NCBI GenBank assembly: GCA_041497675.1
Contig: JBGQGY010000050.1
Coordinates: 1-22,956 of the forward strand
Length of the DNA stretch: 22,956 nt
Direction of reading: 5' to 3'
Origin: a bacterium
GTDB lineage: Bacteria > Sysuimicrobiota > Sysuimicrobiia > Sysuimicrobiales > Humicultoraceae
Numbering within the stretch: position 1 is the stretch's first letter; every line of letters starts with the position of its first letter. Position numbers and translations under genes: made by a program. The notes beneath the pieces are model-generated. The model saw only the letters and a program-made list of their open reading frames with translations. It did not search any database and had not been told where the DNA came from. Positions 9,034-17,493 of this stretch are shown here, one piece after another.

Positions 9034-10113
9034 GTGAAGGTGACCATCGTCGGATCGGGGGCCATCGGCGGGCTGGCCGGCGCGTGGATGTCGATGGCCG
9101 GGGAAGACGTCACGTTTGTCGACGTCAACCGCGAGCACGTCGAGGCGCTGCGAACACGTGGCCTGCACATCGACGGCGCGCGTGGTGAGCACACGCTCCC
9201 GCCGCAGCGCGCGTGCACCCCCGCGGAATTGAAGGACCCGCTCGAGTGCGTATTTCTCGCCGTCAAATCACAGCACACGCGTGAGGCGACGGAAGGCATT
9301 GCCCACCTGCTTGGCCCTGAGTCGTTTGTAGTGTCGTTGCAGAACGGACTCGTCAACGAAGACGTGATCGGCGAAGTGATTGGGCTCGAGCGGACGCTCG
9401 GTGCCCTACCGGACTACGGCGGCGCGTACGTCGATCCCGGACATCTGGAGTTCGTGATCGAGGGCCCGGTGTACGTGGGGGAACTGGACGGCCGCATCAC
9501 CCCGCGGGTGAAAGAGGTCGAGCGGCTGCTTGGGCTGGTTGCGGAGTGTCACGTCCTCACCGACATTCGGTCGCGCATTTGGGCGAAGCGGTGCTTTGGC
9601 TCGCAGACGGTGGCAACCGCGCTGGTCAACGCCCCGATCCACGAGGTGCTCGACGACGAACGGGCGCTGCGGGTCGTGGGCCCGCTCGTCCGCGAGGCGC
9701 TGGACGTCGCGTACGCGTTTGGCGTCCGCGTACCCGATGGCCCCTTCTTTCAACCGTCACTCTACTTCCCCAAGACGCCTGAGGACACACAACGCCTCTA
9801 CGGGTTCATCAAGGCGACGGTGGCGAAACAGGTACGCTTCGTCACGGAGCATGAGAAGGCCGGGACACACAAGTACGTGAAGCAGGGATCGGGCATCCAT
9901 TGGGATCTGGTCTATCGCAAGCGCAAGTCGGAAGTGCGGTGGAATCACGGGCCGCTGGAAGAGAAGGCCGCCGCGGTCGGTCACCCGCTGCCGCTCAACC
10001 GCAGGTTGCATCAGATGATCTATGAGATCGAGGATCACACACGCGACTTTGGGTGGCACAACTTCGAGGAGTTGTACACGCTGATCCGCGCACTGGGCAA
10101 GCAACTCCCTTGA
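9034..10113 (+). CDS. Ketopantoate reductase (PanE/ApbA) family oxidoreductase
   Basis: VKVTIVGSGAIGG Rossmann motif, VFLAVKS, VVSLQNGL, GELDG, IWAK (catalytic Lys) and RKSEV (Glu). The GTG 9034 start avoids overlap with the divergent gene. Confidence 0.88.
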   Translation: MKVTIVGSGAIGGLAGAWMSMAGEDVTFVDVNREHVEALRTRGLHIDGARGEHTLPPQRACTPAELKDPLECVFLAVKSQHTREATEGIAHLLGPESFVVSLQNGLVNEDVIGEVIGLERTLGALPDYGGAYVDPGHLEFVIEGPVYVGELDGRITPRVKEVERLLGLVAECHVLTDIRSRIWAKRCFGSQTVATALVNAPIHEVLDDERALRVVGPLVREALDVAYAFGVRVPDGPFFQPSLYFPKTPEDTQRLYGFIKATVAKQVRFVTEHEKAGTHKYVKQGSGIHWDLVYRKRKSEVRWNHGPLEEKAAAVGHPLPLNRRLHQMIYEIEDHTRDFGWHNFEELYTLIRALGKQLP

Positions 10114-11375
10114 AGACGATCCTCCGCGTCGGCCGGCTGATCGATGGCACGGGCGCGGCCCCGAAGCGAGACACGATCCTGACGATCGATGGCAACCGAA
10201 TCGTCGATGTCCGGGCGGCGGGCCAGGGCGTGGGCACCGATGATCCGAACGCGCGTCGATACGACTGCCCGACGCTCACGGCACTGCCCGGCCTCATCGA
10301 TTGTCACGATCACCTCGCGCACCTGGGGCAAGACCTGCGGGAGCGGTTTGCCACACCGCAGAGTCTCGCCATTCTCAGAGCCGGCCGCTGGGTCACCGAG
10401 ACCCTGCTGGCGGGTGTGACAACGGTCCGCGATGCCGCGGGCATCGATCTCGGTGTCAAGATGGCCGTCGAGCAGGGCGTCATCGACGGGCCGCGGTTGT
10501 TGATCAGCCTGGTGATCATCTCGCAGACGGGCGGTCACGGTGACCTGACGCAGCCGGCCGGACTCTCGACCGACTTCCCGACCCTGCCGGGTGTCCCGGA
10601 TGGGATCGCCGACGGAGTCGATGCCGTCCGCGTCAAGGTGCGCGAAGTCTTACGGCTGGGCGCCGATTGGATCAAGGTCGCGACCAACGGCGGGTCGGGG
10701 TCGCCGCGCGGCGGCTATCACGTCCGCCAGTTTTGTCTCGACGAGCTGCGCGTGATGGTGGAGGAAGCGCACAGCAAGGGTGTCCGTGTCATGGTCCACG
10801 CTCACGGCGGAGACAGCCTCAGCATGTGTTTGGCCGCGGGCGTCGACACGATCGAGCACGGGTCGTTTGCGGATGATCGGCAACTCGAGGAGATGGCGCG
10901 GCGTGGGATCTGGATGGTGCCGACGCTCAGCGTCACGCATCGGATGATGGCGAAGATTCGGGAGAATCCCGACGGGGTTCCGGCCTACACGCGCGCCCGA
11001 ATCGGGGGCCTGCTCGAGACCAAACAGCAGACGCTGCGCCGGGCCATCGAGTTCGGCGTACCTATCGCGATGGGCACCGACGCGGGGGCGCTGGGGCACG
11101 GACGAAACGCCCTGGAACTCCCCTACATGGTCGAGGCGGGCATGTCGCCGATGCAGGCCATCGTGGCGTCCACGCAGATGGGCGCCAGGCTGCTCGGGAT
11201 GGGTGACGATCTCGGCACGCTGCAACCGGGACGTCTCGCCGATGTCATCCTCGTCGACGGGGACCCGCTCGCGGATATTTCGATCGTGACCGAGCCGCCG
11301 CGGCTAGCCTTGATCATGAAAGGCGGGATCGTCTACAAAGAACCGGCGCTGCGCCCGCTGGGCGTCGCTTCCTGA
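10110..11375 (+). CDS. Metal-dependent amidohydrolase (prolidase/Xaa-Pro dipeptidase-like), second paralog
   Basis: [47 protein letters not shown] and GTDAG. The TTG start overlaps the upstream TGA (TTGA), implying translational coupling. Confidence 0.92.
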   Translation: MKTILRVGRLIDGTGAAPKRDTILTIDGNRIVDVRAAGQGVGTDDPNARRYDCPTLTALPGLIDCHDHLAHLGQDLRERFATPQSLAILRAGRWVTETLLAGVTTVRDAAGIDLGVKMAVEQGVIDGPRLLISLVIISQTGGHGDLTQPAGLSTDFPTLPGVPDGIADGVDAVRVKVREVLRLGADWIKVATNGGSGSPRGGYHVRQFCLDELRVMVEEAHSKGVRVMVHAHGGDSLSMCLAAGVDTIEHGSFADDRQLEEMARRGIWMVPTLSVTHRMMAKIRENPDGVPAYTRARIGGLLETKQQTLRRAIEFGVPIAMGTDAGALGHGRNALELPYMVEAGMSPMQAIVASTQMGARLLGMGDDLGTLQPGRLADVILVDGDPLADISIVTEPPRLALIMKGGIVYKEPALRPLGVAS

Positions 11376-12328
11376 GACGGCGTCCCGTACGTGTAGAAGG
11401 TCTCCGGCAGCTTCCCACCAAACCAGATGCTGCTCTTCTCGAGATCGGATTCGTTGGCGACGTCCCACACGACGGTCTTCCACGTGGGATCGAAGATCAG
11501 GTAGCCCGTGTCGCCAAATAGCTCGACCCGATTGCCACCCGGTTCAAACGTGTACATGAACATCGCCTGGGTCGTGCCGTGCTTGCCGGGGCCGGCTTCG
11601 ATCGTGATGCCGTAGTCGGCGCACACGTCGGCGGCGTCGATCAGGTGTTGCGGGTAGCCGTACCAGTAGGCCAGGTGGTGGAAGCGGCCGGCCGCGCCCG
11701 TCGCGTCGCGCATGACGGCAATCTCGTGCACGAGCGGGCTGACACTCAGCCACGCGCCGACCTCGACGCCGGCTTCGCCGATCTTTTGCTCGCGAAGCCG
11801 GAACCCAAGATAGTCCTGCAGGAATTCGCGCACTGGGCCGACGTCGCGCGTCATCAAGTTGACGTGGTCGAGCCTTCGCACTGGGACACCGCGGAGCGGT
11901 CGCTTTTGCGGCCGGTTGCGCAACAAGCTGCGTTTGTCAGGCGGAGCCTGGTAGGACTCGATGTCCCAGAGCACTTCCATGGGATGCCCGTCGGGGGTGA
12001 CGAAACGATAGGCGCGCCCGTGCCCGAGGTCGCCATCGCTCCACCCACGCCCGAAAGGGCTGGCGGCAAGACGCGCGGCGAGGGCCTGGAGCGCTTCCTC
12101 GGACGTCGCCCGCCAGGCGATGTGGCGCATCCCCGGTCCGGACGATTCGGTCAGCCGCAGCGTGTGGTGGTAAAAGTCTTCATAGGCGCGCAAGTACACG
12201 GATCCGCCCTTGCGGGCGGTCTCCTCGAGCCCGATGACGTCACGGAAGAACCAGAGCGACTGCTCCATCCGTGGGGTGAGCAACTCGACGTGTGCGAGCT
12301 GCGCGATCACCGGCTCTGGCGCGCCCAT
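11333..12328 (-). CDS. Extradiol ring-cleavage dioxygenase (catechol 2,3-dioxygenase / BphC-JF8-like, VOC fold)
   Basis: [23 protein letters not shown]; metal ligands in RLDHVNL, FHHLAYW and RVELF; active-site LVHEIA, GPGKHG and FMY. ATG 12328 follows GGAGG. Confidence 0.92.
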   Translation of the reverse strand: MGAPEPVIAQLAHVELLTPRMEQSLWFFRDVIGLEETARKGGSVYLRAYEDFYHHTLRLTESSGPGMRHIAWRATSEEALQALAARLAASPFGRGWSDGDLGHGRAYRFVTPDGHPMEVLWDIESYQAPPDKRSLLRNRPQKRPLRGVPVRRLDHVNLMTRDVGPVREFLQDYLGFRLREQKIGEAGVEVGAWLSVSPLVHEIAVMRDATGAAGRFHHLAYWYGYPQHLIDAADVCADYGITIEAGPGKHGTTQAMFMYTFEPGGNRVELFGDTGYLIFDPTWKTVVWDVANESDLEKSSIWFGGKLPETFYTYGTPSQEATPSGRSAGSL

Positions 12329-12442
12329 ACCAATCCTCCGCGGGCCGGGCCCAAACCGGCTCGACCCGCCATACATCCTTCGCACCGTATGCGCAGCGTC
12401 CCTTGCGGAGAGGCGCCGGTGACGCCTGAGGGCATCGCTGGG

Positions 12443-13309
12443 TCAGCCGAGCGCGAGCGCGAGCACGCCCGCCACGATCGCCAGGGCGCCGATCAATCGC
12501 CGCCGCCCGTCACCTTCAGCCAGCAGCCGGGTGCCCATCGCCGTGCCGATGACGATGCTCACTTCTCGGGCCGGGGCCACATAGCTGACCGGCGTGAACA
12601 CCAGCGCGGTGAGCACCATGATGTAGGCCAGAGGCGCCATGGTGGCGATCGCGATGGTCTCCAAGCGGTGCGCCCGCCAGTGCAGTTGCACGTCGTCCCA
12701 GCGCGCGAGGGCCACCGGTGTCAGCAGCGCGAACCGCAGGATGCTCGATCCCCAATCCAACAGTACCGGCGGAATGTGAAAGGCGCTCACCGCCTGCTTG
12801 TCCCACAGCGTGTAGGCCGCGATCATCACGCCGGTGAGCAGCCCGTAGCCGATCGCCCACCGGGCGCCCACCGTTGACCGCCGCGCCCCTTTGGGCCCGC
12901 TGGTGAGGACGAACACGCCGACGATGACCATCGCGGCGCCCACCAGCGCGAGCCAGGTCGGCCGCTCGCCAAAGAAGGCGACGGCCGCGGCGGTCGAGAG
13001 CGCCGGCCCCGTGCCGCGCGCGAGCGGGTAGATCAGCGAGAGATCGCCGAGCCGGTAGCCTCTGGTCAGCAGCACGAAGTACGCGAGGTGCAGCAGGGCG
13101 GTGCCGCTCATGAAGATGATCTGCACGACACCGATCTGGGGGTGCTGCGTGAAGTAGATCCACGCGGCAACAGGCGCGTAGATCACCCCTGAGGCCGCGC
13201 ACATCAGCCACAGGAAGCCCTCGCCGGCCCCGATGCGCTTGGCCAGGAGATTCCAGGTGGCGTGGAGGAAGGCTGCGGCGATGATGAGGGCGATCGCGAA
13301 GCCGGTCAC
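12443..13309 (-). CDS. EamA/DMT family transporter
   Basis: About 10 hydrophobic segments in 288 aa; AAFLHATWNLLAK, YRLGDLSLIYPLARG, YTLWDK and VSYVAPAREVSIV. GTG start with GGAGAG upstream. Confidence 0.92.
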   Translation of the reverse strand: MTGFAIALIIAAAFLHATWNLLAKRIGAGEGFLWLMCAASGVIYAPVAAWIYFTQHPQIGVVQIIFMSGTALLHLAYFVLLTRGYRLGDLSLIYPLARGTGPALSTAAAVAFFGERPTWLALVGAAMVIVGVFVLTSGPKGARRSTVGARWAIGYGLLTGVMIAAYTLWDKQAVSAFHIPPVLLDWGSSILRFALLTPVALARWDDVQLHWRAHRLETIAIATMAPLAYIMVLTALVFTPVSYVAPAREVSIVIGTAMGTRLLAEGDGRRRLIGALAIVAGVLALALG

Positions 13310-13343
13310 GGGTTGTTCTCTCCGCCGCGATCGCTCCGATCCC

Positions 13344-13352
13344 TGCTACAGT
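13344..13352 (+). promoter_or_regulatory. Extended -10 element (TGCTACAGT) for the CapA-family/ABC operon
   Basis: TG-C-TACAGT ends 19 nt before ATG 13372 and is followed by SD-like GGGGGTGG, in a 62-bp divergent gap. Confidence 0.5.
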
Positions 13353-13371
13353 TATTCGGGGGTGGAACACG

Positions 13372-14676
13372 ATGCGATTCTCGGCGACGGGCGACGCGCT
13401 CATGACACGGCGCGTTGCCCGGTGGGGCGGCGCGGCGTACCAAGGACTGCTCGACGTCATCCGGGACGCCGACGCCCGCTTTACCAATCTCGAAACGTCG
13501 CTCACCGGCGGCAAGGGCTTTCCTGCTGCCGGATGGGGCGGCACGTACCTGACGTCGCCCGCCGGTTGCCTGACCGATCTGGTGGACATGGGGTTCAACC
13601 TGTTCAGCCGTGCGAACAATCACGCGGGTGATTGGGGCGCCGAGGGCGTGTTGGAGACCACGCGGGTCTGCGATGCGGCCGGCGTGTGCCACGCAGGGGC
13701 CGGCGCGCACCTGGCCGATGCACGCGGGCCGGCCTATCTCGATCTTCCGGAAGGGAAGGTGGCCTTGCTCGCGGTCGCCACGGCCGAGCAGGGCGCCGGG
13801 TACGCGGCCGGCTGGCGGCGCCCCGACTGTCCGGGCCGCCCGGGTGTGTCGTGTTTGCGCTTCGAGGAGTACGCGGTGGTCCCACCCGACGTGCTAGAGC
13901 AGATGCGAGGGCTCGTGGCGCAGACCCGGTTTGGGAAGCAATGGCAGTACGAGATCGATCTGGGGTTTCGGGGTGCCGACCCGGAGGGCGTGTTGTCCGT
14001 GGGCGGCGTGAAGTTCAAGCAGGGCGCACCATTCGGGGAAGCGTGGGAGTCCAACAAAGCCGACGTCGCGGACATCCTGCGACACGTGCGCGACGCGCGC
14101 CGCCAGGCGGACGTCGTGTTGCTCTCGTTTCATGGGCACGAGATGGCTGGCGGCGATCCCAACGGCGTCCCCGCGCTGCACCAGGAGTTCTGCCGAGTCT
14201 GCATCGAGGCGGGCTGTGACGCGGTGATCGGCCATGGCCCGCACCGCCTGCGCGGCATCGAGATTTACAATGGGAAGCCGATCTTCTATAGCCTCGGCAA
14301 CTTTATCTTTCAAAATGAAGAGGCCACGTCGCTGCCGGCGGACTTCTACGAACGCATGGGTCTCGATCCTATCACGTCGACACCCGGCGACGGCTTCGAC
14401 CAACGCAATCGCCGGGGCAAAGGCGGGTTCGCGGCCGATCCGGCCTACTGGGAAGCGGTCGTTGCGCAGTGGGACGTGACGGGCGGCGCGCTCCGGGAGA
14501 TCCGTCTGCATCCCGTGGAGCTCGGCCACGGGCGCCCCCGACCGCAGCGTGGCCGCCCGGTGGTTGCGCAGGACCCGCTCGCCCGACAGATCATCGCCCG
14601 CATGGACGGCATGTGCCGGCCGCTTGGGACGGAAGTGCGCTGGGATCCTCGCGGCTACGGTGCCGTGCGCTTGTAG
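13372..14676 (+). CDS. CapA/PgsA family metallophosphoesterase-fold protein
   Basis: ATGD, TNLE, SRANNHAGDWG, HAGAG, SFHGHE, VIGHGPH and GIEIYNGKPIFYSLGNF. No signal peptide or TM anchor is visible. Confidence 0.9.
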   Translation: MRFSATGDALMTRRVARWGGAAYQGLLDVIRDADARFTNLETSLTGGKGFPAAGWGGTYLTSPAGCLTDLVDMGFNLFSRANNHAGDWGAEGVLETTRVCDAAGVCHAGAGAHLADARGPAYLDLPEGKVALLAVATAEQGAGYAAGWRRPDCPGRPGVSCLRFEEYAVVPPDVLEQMRGLVAQTRFGKQWQYEIDLGFRGADPEGVLSVGGVKFKQGAPFGEAWESNKADVADILRHVRDARRQADVVLLSFHGHEMAGGDPNGVPALHQEFCRVCIEAGCDAVIGHGPHRLRGIEIYNGKPIFYSLGNFIFQNEEATSLPADFYERMGLDPITSTPGDGFDQRNRRGKGGFAADPAYWEAVVAQWDVTGGALREIRLHPVELGHGRPRPQRGRPVVAQDPLARQIIARMDGMCRPLGTEVRWDPRGYGAVRL

Positions 14677-14767
14677 CGCGGAGCGCCGCCAAGAGGGTGG
14701 CGCCGAGGTCCCACCGAACCAACCGGCAAGTCCCAGGCCGATACCACGGCCGGGAGGGGGTGCACGC

Positions 14768-16468
14768 GTGAGAACACATCGATGGAAGATGCAGGTCGTT
14801 GTCGTGGCCCTGGTGATTGGCCTCGCCGTGACCCTGTTGACCGGACCCGGATTCTCGCAGGCGAAACGGGGAGGGCTCATTACCTTTGCGCTCTACCAGG
14901 AGCCAGAACTGCTGAACCCCTACATCGCAACTCAGACCGCCAGTTTCGAGGTGCTCAAGTTTGCGGTCGAGGGGTTGCTGGGGGTCAACGAGAACGGCGA
15001 GTACTACCCGCTACTGGCGAAAGAGGTCCCCACGCGTCAAAACAACGGGATCTCGGCCGACGGGAAGACGATCACGTATCAACTGAAGGACGACCTAAAG
15101 TGGTCGGATGGACGGGCGCTTACCTGCGGCGACGTGCAGTTCACGCTGCAGGCCATCATGCATCCGCGGAGCGGCGCCGTGAGCACGGCCGGATATCGCG
15201 ACATGCAGACGGTAGAGTGTCCCACGCCTGCGACGGTCGTGGTCAAGTACAAGACGTTTTACGCCCCGTTTCTGTCGCTGTTCGACTACGTCCTCCCCAG
15301 ACACGCGACCGGCGACCCCGCGGACATGACCAGGTGGGCGTACAATCGCAGAGTCGTTGGAACGGGACCGTTTACCATGCTCGAGTGGGTCTCGGGAGAT
15401 CACATCACATTCATCCAGAACCGATACTATCGAGATGCCGGCAAACCGTACCTCAACGGCGTGATCATCCGGATCGTCCCCAGCCGCGAGGTCGGCAAAC
15501 AGCTGATCCGCACGGGTGAGGTGGACGTGGTGTGGGACCTGGTGGAGGCCGACGTCCCCGAAGTCCGGGGGTACCCCGGAGCGAAGGTGAGCGTGACACC
15601 TGGCCCGAGCGCGGAGCGCTTGGTCTTCAACCTGGCCGATCCGACCCTCGATGGCCCCACACCGGAGACGATCGCCAACCGCCCGCATCCAATCCTCGGC
15701 GACCCGCGTGTCCGCGAGGCGATCGAACTGGGGATCAACAAAAAGGAGATCATCGATAAACTGCTCTTCGGGTTGGCCCCGATCGGCACGAACGAGCTGC
15801 ACATCGGCTGGGCGAAGTGTGTCAGCCGTGCCGCCGAATACGCTCCCGACCGTGCCCGGCAACTGCTGGACCAGGCCGGATGGCGACCAGGGGGCGACGG
15901 GATCCGCGTCTCCCAGGGCGTGCGCACAACCCGCGACGGCACGCGTCTCCGGCTGAAATACCAGACGACGACCGGCAACCGGCTGCGCGAGCAGGTGCAG
16001 CAGTTGATGATCGACTACATGAAGCAGATCGGCGTCGAGTTCTTCATCGAGAACGTGCCGTCGCCGGTGTTGTTCGCTTCGTGGGCCGGCGGCGGGTTCC
16101 GGAAGCACGGGCAGTTCGACGTGCTGATGTACACGACCAATCCCGACGTCGACCCGCAGTCGCAGGTCGAAGGCTACTTTGCCTCGTGGAGCATGCCCAC
16201 GGCGGCGAACAGCGGTGCGGGGTTCAACTACTCGCGCTGGGCCAACAAAGTGTTCGACGACAACATCAAGGTGGCCGGCTCCAACCCGGATCTCAACGTC
16301 CGCAAGCGCGCCTATTGTGCCGCGATGGGCGAGTTGGTGAAGGATCGGCCGCACGTCTACCTCTACGCGCGGAGCGAGATCCACGCCTACCGCGAACGGC
16401 TGCAGGGGTGGGTCGGCAACAGCTGGGCCCGGTTGGGGTGGAACAGCGCCGACTGGTGGGTGCGCTAG
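14768..16468 (+). CDS. ABC transporter substrate-binding protein, family 5 (peptide-binding, OppA/AppA-like)
   Basis: GTG 14768 after GGAGGGGG; Sec signal MRTHRWK...GFSQA; QEPELLNP, PLLAKEVP, KWSDGRALTCGDVQFT, VGTGPF, DPRVREAI, GWRPGGDGIR and FNYSRW. Confidence 0.94.
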   Translation: MRTHRWKMQVVVVALVIGLAVTLLTGPGFSQAKRGGLITFALYQEPELLNPYIATQTASFEVLKFAVEGLLGVNENGEYYPLLAKEVPTRQNNGISADGKTITYQLKDDLKWSDGRALTCGDVQFTLQAIMHPRSGAVSTAGYRDMQTVECPTPATVVVKYKTFYAPFLSLFDYVLPRHATGDPADMTRWAYNRRVVGTGPFTMLEWVSGDHITFIQNRYYRDAGKPYLNGVIIRIVPSREVGKQLIRTGEVDVVWDLVEADVPEVRGYPGAKVSVTPGPSAERLVFNLADPTLDGPTPETIANRPHPILGDPRVREAIELGINKKEIIDKLLFGLAPIGTNELHIGWAKCVSRAAEYAPDRARQLLDQAGWRPGGDGIRVSQGVRTTRDGTRLRLKYQTTTGNRLREQVQQLMIDYMKQIGVEFFIENVPSPVLFASWAGGGFRKHGQFDVLMYTTNPDVDPQSQVEGYFASWSMPTAANSGAGFNYSRWANKVFDDNIKVAGSNPDLNVRKRAYCAAMGELVKDRPHVYLYARSEIHAYRERLQGWVGNSWARLGWNSADWWVR

Positions 16469-16477
16469 GCACGAGTG

Positions 16478-16506
16478 GAGGGGCTCCGGGTCACCCGGAG
16501 CCCCTC
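16478..16506 (+). repeat. Perfect inverted repeat / stem-loop between binding protein and permease genes
   Basis: GAGGGGCTCCGGGT-C-ACCCGGAGCCCCTC, 14-bp arms (13-bp stem with a 3-nt loop as RNA), no U-tract. Confidence 0.85.
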
Positions 16507-16515
16507 ACATCGCTC

Positions 16516-17490
16516 ATGACCCGCTACATCGTCCGCAGACTGCTTCAGGCTCTTCCGCTGCTCTGGCTCATCAGCATGGTGGTCTTTACGCTGTTGCACA
16601 TCATTCCCGGCGGCCCGATGGCCGCCTATGAGAACAATCCCAACATCACGAGGGAAGATCTGGCCCGACTGGAGGCCGAACTGGGTCTGGACGCACCCTT
16701 ACACGTGCAGTACGTGCGCTGGCTCAAGGCGATGCTGCAGGGTGACTGGGGGTACTCGCTCGCCACCAAACGCCCCGTACTCACCGAGATCCGCGAGCGG
16801 CTGCCCAACACCGTGTATCTGATGACCATCGCGACCGTCGTCACCGTTGCGGTGGCCATCCCGATCGGGATCCTATCGGCCGTGCGCCAGTATTCCGCGC
16901 TGGATCACGTCGTGACGACGATTGCGTTCATGGGGCACTCCATCCCCATCTTCTGGTTCGGCCTGATCCTGATTATCGTGTTCCACGTCCTGCTGCGCAG
17001 TCCGTTCAGCGGCGCGCCGCTGTTCCCGGGCGGGGGGATCTACACGCTTGGACAGCCGTTTTCGATCATCGACCGCATTCACCACCTAGTGCTCCCCGTA
17101 GGCATGCTGACCGTGGCGACCGCGGCGACCTACACACGATACATCCGGGCGAGCATGCTTGAGGTGCTGTGGCAGGATTACGTGCGGACGGCGCACGCGA
17201 AGGGGACGAGCCCGCGGCGGGTCGTGTGGAAGCACGCCTTCAAGAATGCGGCCATCCCCGTCGTGACGATCCTCGCCCTCGACCTCCCGATCCTGTTCAA
17301 CGGCGCGGTGTTCACCGAGACGATGTTTTCGTGGCCTGGGATGGGACGGCTGTTCATCGAATCGGCCTTCCGCGTCGACTATGCGCTGCTGATGGCGATC
17401 ATCATCCTTAGCGCGTCATTGACGGTGTTCCTTAATCTGGTGGCCGACGTCATCTACGCGTACCTCGATCCGAGGATCCGGTACGAATGA
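16516..17490 (+). CDS. Peptide ABC transporter permease (DppB/OppB family)
   Basis: MTRYIVRRLLQA, LGLDAPLHVQY, GDWGYS, RLPNTV, QDYVRTAHAKG, ETMFSWPGMG and YLDPRIRYE. Start trimmed from the ORF-track position 15817. Confidence 0.95.
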   Translation: MTRYIVRRLLQALPLLWLISMVVFTLLHIIPGGPMAAYENNPNITREDLARLEAELGLDAPLHVQYVRWLKAMLQGDWGYSLATKRPVLTEIRERLPNTVYLMTIATVVTVAVAIPIGILSAVRQYSALDHVVTTIAFMGHSIPIFWFGLILIIVFHVLLRSPFSGAPLFPGGGIYTLGQPFSIIDRIHHLVLPVGMLTVATAATYTRYIRASMLEVLWQDYVRTAHAKGTSPRRVVWKHAFKNAAIPVVTILALDLPILFNGAVFTETMFSWPGMGRLFIESAFRVDYALLMAIIILSASLTVFLNLVADVIYAYLDPRIRYE

Positions 17491-17493
17491 GCG

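Noticed and set aside
13372..14676. Poly-gamma-glutamate capsule locus, or a c-di-GMP phosphodiesterase linked to the riboswitch
   Set aside because: There is no capB/capC, and no EAL, HD-GYP or GGDEF motif. The riboswitch lies downstream of this operon and cannot control it.
14549..14767. N-terminal extension of the second SBP; likewise 15817-16515 on the permease, 10053-10109, 8950-9033 and 2314-2457
   Set aside because: They overlap neighbouring genes. Downstream starts have an SD, coupling or promoter support and give family-typical N-termini.
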